Source: Azolla caroliniana
Lineage: Eukaryota; Plantae; Polypodiophyta
NCBI GenBank assembly: GCA_043228905.1
Contig: JBHGNT010000012.1
Coordinates: 20,894,001 to 20,958,000, forward strand
Direction: 5' to 3'
DNA: 64,000 nt
In this document: in pieces, positions 1 to 13,300 of the stretch
Numbering within the stretch: the stretch's first letter is position 1
How the letters are laid out: every line of letters begins with the position of its first letter
The notes under the pieces: generated by a model
What the model was told of the DNA's origin: nothing
The model's database searches: none
Seen by the model: the letters and a program-made list of their open reading frames with translations, nothing else
Program-made: the position numbers and the translations under genes

Positions 1-1347
1 TTCAAAACAAACAGTAGTGATGCTATTGCTTTACAATAAACTGTTTGCTTTAAATAATATATTTGTCGTGTTTTTTGTTTTAGTTATCCAATGGGACCGA
101 GTGCCTCCTGACTGATACTGTTGGTTTTATACAAAAACTTCCAACCCAATTGGTATGCTTAATACACGTTATCATGAAAATTTTGAGTGTAATGTTTTAT
201 TTGAAATAACAGTATGATTAGAATTTACACTATTATAGATATGCAGGAGATTAGATTATTGGTAGACTATGCCCCCGTCTTCTTTGTGGTGTTTCTTATG
301 CTCATCATGTTTCTCTCTTTGTTGGAGCTAACATTCCCTACGATTTTGTGAGTGAATTACCAACAGCTAAGAAATTTCATTATACTTTTTGTTTACTAAC
401 AATTATCGTTATCTGAGCTAATATAATCTAAACTCAGGTTACCATCGAATATTTTTGTTCATGACCAGTTGCCACTAATAAAAAGATCCTTGTTTATGCC
501 CATTTTATACTTTCGCTTTGACGCTCATGTATATCCATCCCCTACAGTGAAGATACACGTACATGCATCTCATATAAAGCCAGGGGCATGGTGTTCATAC
601 TCCAAAGCTAAGCTACCAGACAAGCTTGCATAGGCATCCCCAAAAACACTTATTTGCATAGGTTGCTTTCCATCATGGGCTGAACTTTTGAACCTTATTA
701 ATATTCTTCATTATGAACTGTTGAGAACTCACTTTACCTTCATATGATCGCATCTTCTGATAAATTTGTGTATCATATTATATTTTCCTACAGCATATTA
801 TATGTTTCACCCCATTTTCAATCTCACTAAATGAGGGTTGCCTACACTAGGATTTTACAGAAAGAAATCCAATCACATCCTTTATGCATGTATCTTCAAC
901 CATCCTTTTTTGGTGGTAACATAATGAAATCTGCTTGTATCTTCTATAATTTTATTTATCATCCATGAAGATGTGCATAAGCTTAATCATATTCTCTTGA
1001 TCATCCAAATATCTGTTGGAGACTGTCATTGATCTCAAAAGTGGTTGATTTGATATGTGCCCATTGTATCTCTAGTTGTTTGCTATTTTGTGTGGTGCAA
1101 TATAGTCTGCATAATGCGTTTATTGATCTAGGTGAATATACATGGTTTACGTCTAGAGATCGGAGCTTCTTCTAAACATATCAGATCAGCTAATATTTAT
1201 GTGGCCAAACATTTAACCACATGAATACACAATATGTATACAGAGGTTTAAATTCTTGGCTGATGGATATGCTAATATCCTTCGGTTTTTGTGGAAAATA
1301 TTTAAATTGCATTATCCTAATGTTGAAGAATGTTTTTATGTTATCAG

Positions 1348-2397
1348 GTTGCATCTTTTCGGGCAACACTGGAGGAGATTAATGATTCATCTCTACTGCT
1401 ACATGTTGTTGATATAAGGTAAATCTTTGATACTCGTTCTATTAGTATGCATTGGGTTGCTAAACTGATATTGATTGTTTCTCAGTCATCCCCTCGCCAA
1501 AGAGCAAATGGAAGCTGTTGAAAGTGTTCTTGCTGAGCTTAATGTAGAGCATATACCTCGGCTTACTGTTTGGAATAAGGTAAATGCAGAATCCCCTATT
1601 TTAGTACATGCTGTGCAGTTAGCATGAATGTCCTCTAATTTGAGAAAGGTTCCATTTAGTTGAGATGTAGGTGTTCAGTTAACTATATATATTCTGTTAA
1701 ATTTTGAAATATGTAGAATATTTCCAGTCAACACATGAAATCATTGTTGCAGAGAGCAAGTAATGTGAAAAGATCATTTTCCAAGTTTTTGCCATGATGG
1801 AGATTCACAAATTGAAACTGATTGTTAAATACGGTTTTTAAAACAATAAATAGAAGTTTTATTTTTTTATTTTTTTTCAGATAGACCGAGCTGATAAAGA
1901 AAGCATAAGGAGAGCAGAAGCAGTTGCAGAAGGGGATATCGCTCGTATCTCGGCTGTGACAGGTGAAGGTGTAGATGATTTATGCAAGGCCATCCAGGAA
2001 AAGCTGAAGGTTAACGAAATATTATGAATTCATCTTTTTTAGTTTTAGCTCTTAAACTCGCAAAGAAATGGCTCTTTGCTGGAATATGTAGCCTTTAATG
2101 TATTTGATTTTATGGTTTCTCTTGGCAGGAAACTCTTGTATGGGTGGATGTGCTTCTCCCATATGACAAAGGAGAATTTGTGAATGTTGTGCATAGGCTA
2201 GGAGTTGTTGATTCCATGGTGATGATTTGAATTACTTATTTTCTGCTCCATTTCTTCTTTGAGCTTTCTAGATTAAAGAGTATTCTAAAAACATTTTACA
2301 TGCTCTGCAGGAGTATCTGGAAGATGGCATCTCTGTGAAAGCACATGTTCCACTGCGCATTTCGAGACAACTGCATGACCTGCGTCAAACTGTTTAA
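1348..2397 (+). CDS. hflX: HflX-family GTPase (likely plastid-targeted), last 5 coding exons; 5' part not resolved or outside the window
   Basis: GT-AG exons 1348-1418, 1486-1579, 1881-2009, 2129-2218 and 2311-2397 splice in phase to [83 protein letters not shown]. This contains the HflX FRATLEE motif, G4 NKxD and G5 SA. Confidence 0.9.
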
Positions 2398-3329
2398 GGT
2401 GTATGTATGATTGCCTGGCAAATGCCAAGAAGCATCCTCCTGTATTTTCTAGTGAGAAAATCCATGCTACTGTACAGATGTACTCCTGTGTCCATTGTAT
2501 GATGTCCTCAATGTCATAATGACTTTGTTTTGAAAATCCATTTGTGTATTTATTTATGTGTATAAATAAAGTCTTTGTTATCCTTGTAAGATTGAAAGAT
2601 TTATATACCTCTTTCAACATAATATTAATGCTTTAATTGTTCATCTCCATATCCATACCCTGTAAGCCATAGGTTGGGAATCTAATTTTTGCATGTTACT
2701 GGTGGTTGCAAATTGCAGATCAGTCCTGTGAAGAGCCATGTATTTTTAAACATCTTTTTGGTTAATGGTCCGAAGGCACATCACATTTCAGTAAGCCGTT
2801 CATTGAATCTTGTAAGGAATACCTTGTGTTTGGGATAAATTTTGATTTTGTTCATGGCCAAAAGTTTCAATGGCAATAAGAAAATTCTTGACTGTAATCT
2901 TGAGTGACCCATGTAAGTAAAGAATGATTGCTTCATTATAATAGGCAAGCAAATCAGTTTTATAATAGGCATTTTAACATCCATTTCAACTTTCATGTTG
3001 CAACTGTATTTGGAGTGATGTAAGCATTGTCTTAATACAAAGCAGTGCTTTGGTTTACAATCACATTATAAATCGAATTGTTCATGCATTAATTGTGTGA
3101 GGGAACATCTTCCAGTTATCAAAAGATTACAATGGATCGTTTTTTAATTACAAAACAAGTGGATGGACATAATCCTTACTCAAAATGATGGGCGTTAAAG
3201 ATATCCATGCCTTGCAACTTTTAAGTAAATTTGTTTAAAACATCTCTAGAAACTCTGCTACAAATATGCTTGCCTATCTTGTCTGCATTGCTGTATGTTA
3301 TTGCTGCTTCAAAGGGAGATGCCCTCACT

Positions 3330-3560
3330 TCTATATTTCTAGCATCCTATTGCTACTATTCATCACACGGATTTGATTTCACTTTTCTACACTAAAACCA
3401 AGTCAGGGTGCATGCTTGTCACTCTTGCTTCCATATTTCTAGTATCCTATTGCTAGTATTGATCACACAGATTTTATTCACTTTTCTACACTACCACCAA
3501 ATTAGGGTTTATGCTACAATAAGTCATCACACAGATTTTATGCTACTATTAGGGGCTATG
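3330..3560. repeat. Degenerate ~100-bp tandem repeat between convergent HflX and MOK genes
   Basis: Unit atatttctag(c/t)atcctattgcta..atcacac(g/a)gattt..ttcacttttctacacta at ~3333 and ~3433, with a partial third copy at ~3525. Confidence 0.6.
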
Positions 3561-4318
3561 CTTGTCTCGTTATTGATAATATGTTTTAATTGTTTAAACC
3601 AAATCCATTACCACACAAGATTTAATTCTTAATTATCCATAATGGTGGCAAGTAGGATCTGTGCTTTTACTGTATCGTTATTTTGATAGTGTTAACACTT
3701 ATTTTTGCCTACCACATCAAATAAAATGTAAAGGATCTACAGCTCTCAAGATTTTTGACATCATGAAGAGACTGGTCAAATTTTCTACCAAAGCATTGAT
3801 TCCCACATAGATTTGATTTCATCAGTTAGTATGCTCCTCAATATCTTTTGAATTATTAAAAGAAATAGTCAATTTCTTAACATAAAACACAATTTCTTAT
3901 AACAAAGAAATGTCATTTCATGTAACAATTCAAAATTATTTACAATGAGCAGTTGGATGTATTTTACTGACATCTATTTTGACTGTTTTTGTAACATAGA
4001 ACCCTCTTTGGGTAGACTTCTTCTGGATCACATTGTTAGTAGGCACATTGTTGATTCTACAAAACCTTCTTTTTTATGGTCACACTATTTGATGGCCATG
4101 TGTGATATTGAAACCATTAAATGACAATCATCAAAGTTGTCATTAATCCCACATAGGCACAATACACAATGCAAGTGCTAATTCTCAGAGACTCAATATG
4201 TACAGAGAAATGGGAACAAAGAGCACCACAAAGTTCATTTATGTCCAGCCTATATCATAGGGAGTAATGAAAATTCTGGTTCAACTTCCTTACCTTTTCT
4301 CTCTGATTTGATGGCGTT

Positions 4319-7300
4319 TTAGGAAAAGGAAGGTGATTGACCAAGGTATCTCTGAGAATAAGGGCTCACATACCTGCAAACATTCTGATGCCAAAATTAC
4401 GCAGATGTTTGATATTGAAAATCATGTAACTATATTTAAAATAAGTAAAATACATTCACATCATACCACAGCCATAAATGCATCATTCAGTTATGAGCAG
4501 TTAACAATGCTGGAAACTCAGTATTGAAAGCATTACTTGTTATTGGCTCTCTTTTTGTATGGGGGTGGTTCACCAGGCTTATACACCCCAGTCGATCCCT
4601 TTGGTGAAAGATCAGGAACAGAGGCTCTATAATTCTTCACACCTTTAATAACTTTTGAGCTTTTGATGCTATGAAACTACAAAATTCACGAACACATAAA
4701 AAATCATATTAATATAGACTGAAAAGAGTAGGTATCCTTCCAAGCAAAACATATTACCTTAGGGCCACTCATTGGCATTGGACTCCTCTGAAAGCTGCAA
4801 GCATGACTTAATGTAATTTTCGGTGGACTCACAGAGTGTCTACAAGTTCCCTTTATAGGAGGAAGGCCATGAGAAGCATCGAGATTCCCATCATGTAAAT
4901 CCCTATAAGTGTTTGAATTTTCTATCGGGCCAGTGTACATCGACAGTGTAGAACCAAGTGACGGCATAGGGCTTGATATATTACCGAAGTGTGAAGCTGG
5001 TGTAGAGCGGGAGGTGCCCTTCTCAGCCTGCAATTATTACGAATATCACATTATCAGTAAAACTTCATTTAATAAAAACAGCATGAAGGTTTAGATAATC
5101 ACTGCATTCCCAGACCAAAATATTCCTGAAAATTTCGTTGGAGTTTTCAGTTTCTAATGGGATCAATTACTAAGAAAAATCATATCATACTCATGTAACA
5201 CATCAATGGAATTATTATCCTTTTAAAAAGCACAGCTCATGCAGCATATTATATTGTTCTCTTTGAACCTTTTTGAACGTAGTGGAGTCTTATAGTAATT
5301 CACCTCTTTAAATTTGATGCAATTGCTTAGAAGTGGAAACTGAGGTACACCACCAGCTAGGGACTGTGGCGAGCATGCTGCACTCGGATTGCCATGCTGC
5401 TCAGCTAGAGACATCTTAAAAACATCACTTGCTCGGGACTTGCAACCTGCTACATCTTGCACTCCCAATCTGTAATATTTATTTATCGATAATCAATCTT
5501 TAATTGCAGTACAACACACATCACTGAAACGGCAAAATAATTTTCTAATATATATGTGACAACGTCCAAACATAAACCAGGCATTGTATAGCAGATAAAG
5601 ACCATGCACAAATATGACATTGATAGTATGATCATATACATAATACATTGGGTGGGTTGACATGATTGGTTAAAAAATAGGCATTTCAAATTTTTGAAAA
5701 AGAAAGAAGAGTTCAAAGTCCATGTTTACAGCATGATTCATACCTTGGTGATGGCCGCAAACTCCTAGTGGCAGCATTCAAGAATGCTTGCTGAAATTTG
5801 TCCCTCTCTCAAAGCTCCTTAAAATAGATGTGTCTAAGAGCCTGTCTAGCTGACCATCTGCAGATAAGATACAAGTTTTCATATTTATCAAGAAGATTAC
5901 ATCTACAATCGACATAAGTTATTCTTTGTTAATTCTTGAATGGTTACCTATCATCTGGATTATAAGCAAGTAGCTTGCTTAGAAGTTCTAAACAAGCAGG
6001 TGATGCATGCGGTATTAGTCGTGCAAGGCCAGAACCATCTTGTTGGGGGAAACTGAAGTCTGCATGCTGTGATCTCCTGATGAGATTCCAAATAATGATG
6101 TCAGAAAATCAAAACAAAAACTACATTTTATGCTGCATAATAAGCGAACAAAAATTTACATATATTGGAATGACATGTTAAACCTTTTCATCTTCTCCAA
6201 AAGCTGTGGTGGTGGTGTTCCCAGAACTTTATGGATTTTTTGGATTTGATCGAGTTCATTATTACCTAAAAATATTTCCATGATATTTTCATACAGGCAG
6301 AAAAACCACCAACTTTAAACTAAACAAGGACTTAGTTTCTGAACCTGGAAATAAAGGGAACAAACTAATAATTTCAAAAAACACGCATCCCACACCCCAC
6401 ATATCCATCTTATAGTTGTAATAACCATCTGTCAATAAACACTCAGGGGCACGATACCTGCATAACAGAAAAACATCAACACTTAAGAGGTTCTTGATTA
6501 TTATAAGAATTATGATTGGCTATATAAATGGTTAAATACTAGATGCAGAAATGTATGGCCAGAGGTTAAAAATGGGGAGGCAAATTGGCCTTCCATAAGT
6601 AGTTAATATTCTATCATTTTACAACCAGACAAGTCCAGAGAAATTCAGTATGTCCCAATACAGAACAAACAACAAATATTCCTGAATTACTGCCACTAAG
6701 AAATGGTTTCTTGAAAAGAAACCATACACGTTTCAAGATGGACATCATTATCATTTAGGTCTGGAAAAGACATTGATAGAGGTCTACAGGGAGATGAATC
6801 ATCATCTATTGATGGGCCATTGTAGAATAACTATTGGCCACAAGAAACACATGTTGGTGTGGTTTCTGTTGAAAACATGCTTAGAAGTAGATGATTGATT
6901 GTTTATGATATGCAGCTTATTAGAAAGAAAGAAATATATCGTAATTTCTTTCAGGAGGCCAAAATGGCCTATGAGACCAAAAAAGAGATTACATCTTAAA
7001 ATGTTGCCTCATCTTTGAGAGCAAACCAAATAAATGTAACTAAGTCAAAAAGTAGATAAAAATAGACGTGACTAAAGAATTCCTTTATCTACACATGTAA
7101 GACTCTCAAGTCAGACAGGTTGTAATTTTTGTCTTCAAAATATCTCTAGATAGGTCATTCCAAAATGGAAAGATCTCTAAAATGACAGAAGCACCTCTGA
7201 TGGCAGCAGATAATGGCCTTTATTTGTTGATGACAAGTGTGATGAGATTCTGATCCATGAGGTTGGAGTCTATGTGCACAACCAATTGCTATTGCCCGAT

Positions 7301-10300
7301 CTATAGTAACCCCTTAGCAATTTCTTGGTTGGAAGCCCACTTGTGTAGCCTATGATTGACTTGTAGCATGAGTAGGAGTGATGGGGCTAAAGAAAGTTAT
7401 GACCTTCTATGTCGATGAGCTTGGGTTGGGCAATCCTTGTGCCTCTTTAGTTCTAACAAGAACTGCCTCAAGCACCTTTGGTCCTCATTTTCCATTACCT
7501 TACATAGTGGGGAAATCCTTGGTTAAAGAGGCATATTATCTCCCTCTTATTTCATAAAAATGGTACAATTGCAAACATAGGATTCTTCAGATTCTCTCCC
7601 TGATGTCACAATTGGCAAATTCCTTCATCCGGAGGGGCAGCTGATGTTAACAAGTCACAATTGCCCTATCATAGTGCACAATGCACAATGCACACAGCAC
7701 TGGGATAGAAGCACGTCCAATGTGCACGAACGAGTTCTTTATAATGGGTTATCTTCCTAACACAAAAAGTTGTGGACTGATCAATGTTTTTACATTATCC
7801 AAATTTATAATATACGTTCAAATCACTCTATCCTTTTCCACTTTGTTCATGTTTAGATGCAGATAATCCACGCTATAGTGGAATGTACATAGTGCACTTA
7901 TGTTTGTGCCATGTGACTCAAATTATTGTTGCGTTTGAGCATACTAACAATGATTATTGCTGTGTTCAACGAGTTCTTTTGATGACGTAAGTGCCAACCT
8001 TGAGTACCTTCAATTAGGGATCTCCCATAATTATTGGATACCAGTCATTGATTGGAATAATGCCTTGGCAATTATTGGCTGCTCTCAACTCCACCCAAAT
8101 TACATCATGGGGCATTGATGCTTTGCTCGTTATCATTCAAGCAATCATTGAGACTAAAGATCTCTCCAAATCTTTCCAGTTATTTTTCTTGTGAAGACTT
8201 GATCCCCAGGTTTCCACTCCGTAAAGAAGAATTAGTATGACAAGTGTATAAATAGCCACAATTCAGTTCACGGCTCTTGGAACTGCATATGAGCACATTG
8301 TCTTTCAAGAGCACCACGGATTGCATATCCATGACAAAGTCGGGCACAAGCAAAATATCAAAAATGAATCAAGGCCTTGTGAATGTTGCGCCTAGTTAAG
8401 TGTATGATTGTGTGCATGCCACCTTTTCCTCTTCCAAGAAGAATTTTGATTCTTTGTAACCCATGCTTGAAATAAATATCCATTCCTGACTTCTAACGAA
8501 GAATGGAAAAGAAACCTATATTACGTCTTTTAAGAGACCAAAATGTCATATAAAACCAAACAAGCAATTAAACCTTAATATGTTGTCTCGTCTTTAATTA
8601 ATTCGTTTCAATGTTTATGACTTCATTCACATTAGTGCTTACATTAAATGTTACTCGAGAAATTGTAGCATTCAGTTTTCTTATTTGAAGAAAATATATC
8701 TATCCTACATTAATGAATGCACTTGCAAACTCTAAGAATGTATTTCGTAACTGCACCAGTCATACATCTATTGTTAAAGGGTTTTCTCTGTAAAATATTC
8801 TCGTTACCTTCATGGTAAACAGAATTAAGTTCGTAAATATTACCATCTTGTTGATATGTATTCTGTGTAGGGTTGCTTGGAATAGATACCCCTGCAGCTT
8901 CCAAAATCAGCTAGCTGGAAGGCTAGAGAAGAACACTTTAGATGGAGACACTAATGAATGGTCTTGAACACATGAAAAATTCATAAAGATGACTAACCTT
9001 TAGCACTTCATCCACAATAAGTATATTTTCTGGCTTGATATCTCGATGAAATATGCCATTTCGATGCATATGATCTATGGCTGCAATAACAGTAAAAAAC
9101 TAAAATTTCAGCATAGAGTTATATCATGTGTGCTAAGAGACTGTTTTTGAAAGTGATGAGGCTGGACTATTACTTAGAGCACTATACAGAATGCCACTAG
9201 ATAGATCGCATAAAATGCATGCATTGGTGAGATGGTGCCAGACACACACAAGATCTATAATGTGTGCAAGAAACCACTTACATGAGCTATAATACCATTC
9301 TGCAGTGACAGTCAGATGTATGAAAATGCATTCTGCCCCAAACTGGAAGGAATATGTGACAGTATTCTAGAGCAACCCATGAAGAACCAGCAGATTTTTC
9401 CTATCAACACTCCATCAAGGTAAATGTCAATATAGCTGGCACCTTTCTCGCCACCAAGAAAGCTGGGAATAACAGAATTTCCATGTGTACCTTAAAGTAA
9501 TGCATGCCACCACTGTAGTAAATACAGTACGTCTGCCTGTATTCCTGATCTCTCTTCCAGAATAGAAGGTAATATAACTAGAGTGCCCATGAAATAACCT
9601 GTAGCGTAAGCAAGAAAAAATGGGAATTGTCCCCCTTCAAATGAATGTGGGGAACATTGCTCTTTGCAGACCACCACGGCTCTAGACAACAAAAGAAAAG
9701 TCAAGATGTCAAAGGCCAATACACAAAGACTATATAGTGAAGTTCCATAACCCAATTGAACACAATATAAATATTATCTGGCTGAGAAAAGGGTTTTATA
9801 GTAAAACTATTCACCATCTAGTGAACTAGAATGTAGGAAATCTAAAAAGCCCAGAAAGTCTGAAAATTGCATCACCTTACACTGGTTTCAACACATTCTC
9901 TAACAGCTGTAGTTCAACACTGGCCCTGAGGAAGAGGCAGTCACTGTAAGACAGGGGATGCAAGAGTTATCGGAATGAGTGGGCGTAAAGCATCTAGGTG
10001 GCTCCTTAAGTCCGCTGTCAAATCCCGGGGTTCAACCCCAGACAGGCAGTCGAAACTACTGGGCTAGAGTCAGGTATGGGCAGAGGCCATTTTCGGTGGA
10101 GCAGTGAAATGCATGGAGATTGGAAAGTTCACCAAAGACGGAGGTGATCTAAACTCAACAATTAAACCATTTCTTCCCTTGAAAATCCTTCTTTTGAGGA
10201 AGGATATCTGTGCTACCTTAGTTTTAATACCAAATAATTTCAATAAGCGATTACGCTTCGACAGACCTATAGGATTCAAGTTCTCAGTGTAATAATTGAT

Positions 10301-13300
10301 CATATCTATGAATTTTTTTGGCAATTTCGATTCAACAAAAGACAGGCTTCTTCCACCACCCTATCAACCAAATCTACTCAATGTCTGAATCCAATTCAGA
10401 AGCCTCCTCGTTTTTTCAGTCTCTTCAGAAAAACATTTGTGTTCCCCTCAGTGATGGACCTCACTCCAATACTTGACTCGATGGGTTGTTCTTGTCAACA
10501 CTCACTGACTTGGGGATCTTACGTAGCATCATGATAGCCATGCTATATCACATAGCTTTTCAGGAGTATATTGATTAACCATACGATCTCAAGGTGAATC
10601 AATTTCGAAAGTGTCTTCTCCTTAATATCCGTAGTATAGATTCTGGCTTCATGGAAGAGGGTTATAATCCCCTGCACGTGGAACTTTATGTGACACAAGT
10701 TCATCCCATACTTGAGGTTTGAAGATAGCATTCACCAGAGAAATTCCGTCACACCGAGACTGATTACACCCCGACAAGATTGATTGACATAAATGAATTA
10801 GGAGGAGACTAATATGAACCCTATAATTTCTGCTGCTTCTTTTATTGCTGCTGGATCACCTGTAGGCCTCACTTCCGCCGGTCCTAGAGTCAGCCAAGGA
10901 ACAACCGCTGGACTGGCGGTCAAAGGTATCCAAGAAAACCAGAGGCCAAAGGTAAGATTCAAGGTACTCTATTGCTAAGTCTAGTTTTCATGGAAACTCA
11001 GATCGAATTTGAAGAATTCCAGAAGTGGGGGGATCACTAATCATTCTTCACTTCCTACTTGGCATAGCTTGCTACATGGGTCGTGAGTGGGAACTTTGCT
11101 TCCGTTTGGGTCGTCTTTGATCACCCAATCGAGATTGTCAGATTAGACTCCTCCGTACGAAGCCTGATTGAAGGATTGATCGATTACTCCTGGAAGAGAA
11201 AACTCCGTCTGTACATAGTATTTTTTGTCCCGATTTACAAAATATTCCTCAATTGTGAGAAATATGTGAGAAGTAGAGGCATCCCTTCATCATATGAGAT
11301 GACAGCTTGGGTTTAGTCTGTCGTGATCGAAATATAGGATCAAGTCACACATTGCAATACACTGGGCGTTCTGATTCCTTGAGAGGCTTAGCAAGGAGAT
11401 TTGCTATGTAACTGGGGACTCACTTTGGGACCCATACTTGAGTTACTGGGCATGCTAATTTTATATATCCCATTCGGTATCTTCAAACCTGAGAAGCGGT
11501 GAATTCAACCCCAAAAATTGGAAGACTCCTCATTCTCGACAGATCAATGGTCTCCACAGGCAAAAACTCCACCTTTTATTGGCCCAAAAATTCCCTCACA
11601 GAATAAACCATCTCGCTCTGGCTTATGGGTTCAACACTGGCCCAAAGGAAGAGGCAAACCACCATCAGGATTGAGGATAACAAAGAAAATGTCACACACC
11701 TGTGATGCCAAAAATTAGTGTGAAGCCAACTTAGAAAGGAACCTTTCAAATGAAATATACAGGAAAAATTTCTAAAACTTTTTACCTTTAATGAGTTGAT
11801 ACATGTAACACTTGATACGCTCTTCTGGTACATAGGTCCTGCGACCCCTAATCATCTCATATATATTCATATCCATTAGCTCAAATACTAGCGCAAGCTT
11901 CCCAGTGGGTTCATCACTGCAGAGACATAGGTAAACAATGAGACACTAAATTTTGTCTTAACTTTTTCATCAAATATACTTGAATTAGTTGTGTAAAAGT
12001 TGCAGCTTATTTAATGTAATGTAAAGAAATAAGAGCCGCACTATAAAACTTCCAAAAGCTTGATTATGTTGGCATGAGGAGAAAGCCTTTGTAAAGCCTG
12101 AATCTCCCGAAGGTTTGTCACCTGACGAGGAATAACCACCGCACAATATTTCAACATTCACAAAAACAATGCACCGATTCATTTATCAAATAACTGAATT
12201 TATCTTTTGTATGAACCTGATCTACACTGTCGAATGTGTTCTTCATGCATTTGATAGCAACATATTTGCTGGTTTTGAGGCATTGTGCTTTAAGGACTTC
12301 AGAAAAAGTACCTTTTCCTTTTTTGGCTATCATCCGATACTCGGAACTGGATTGCAGAAATAAAGACCTCTTCAAGGTTCATTTCATGTAAATGCATGAG
12401 TAATAAAGATTTATGTAGAAAGTTCACAATTTATAGAAGACCTCTTCATGATTTATTTAAAAAGAGTGGATTTTGATGATTGATGAAATCTACACACTCA
12501 TGTCTCAATTAAACACAATTGGGATAGTCCTGCTCTTGCAGCTATCCTGACTCGTCTCTCTTTCAGACAGATGTCAAGACTACCTTCTTGGGTGGACATC
12601 TGTTGACCAGCCACCTGTTTTTTCTTTCCATCCTAAGGAGGTCCATATATAGAGGGTAATAAAGCTTGGATGGTCCTAAACAAGTAGTACCAAAAGTCGG
12701 ATATTTTCTCCTTCCCATTGGTATGCAATGAACCAAGGCTGATTCTAATTGCAACGCTCTATAACATTCATCCCCAATAACTCTTGTAGTTTATGTGGAT
12801 GATTTTACCTTTACTAGTTTGAGACAGAAAGGGGTCATTACATCATGTAATCCTTGGAGCATAACTTTGAAAAGACCAATCTGACATTTCCGCACTACTT
12901 TCTCAGCTTTGAGATCTACCAGACACCAACAAGTCATTATCTTCTCTCAATAAAAGCATGTTCAAATGATTCCACAACAATTTCATATTATGACTAATTT
13001 ATGGCACAATCTCCGCCCCTGACCCCAGGGTCCCTCCAAAAATGATACATCCACACATCAACTGGAAATGCTTTCATCAGACAAGTGGGCTGCCCAGCCT
13101 GGCTTACATATTACCAACCAAACATTTTTCTGCACAGTCAATTAACTTAGCTCTTTTGCTGCCAAGTCTTGTCAAGCTGTTGCATACTGTACATTGTGGT
13201 ATCAACCCAACACATTCATGCATCATATTCTATATGGTCATGATGTTCGGTGACTTACTGGACTGTAAGATTCTGATTGTACTGGAAATCCTAACATTCA

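Noticed and set aside
1348-2397. Horizontally acquired bacterial hflX
   Set aside because: It has spliceosomal introns, and nuclear-encoded HflX genes are normal in plants.
5809-5811. U-to-C RNA editing or selenocysteine recoding to rescue the MOK stop
   Set aside because: U-to-C editing in ferns is organellar and this is a spliceosomal nuclear gene. Land plants lack Sec machinery and no SECIS is evident.
9937-10142. Functional rRNA gene or bacterial contamination
   Set aside because: It is a mutated ~200-bp fragment inside a nuclear intron, next to other plastid pieces.
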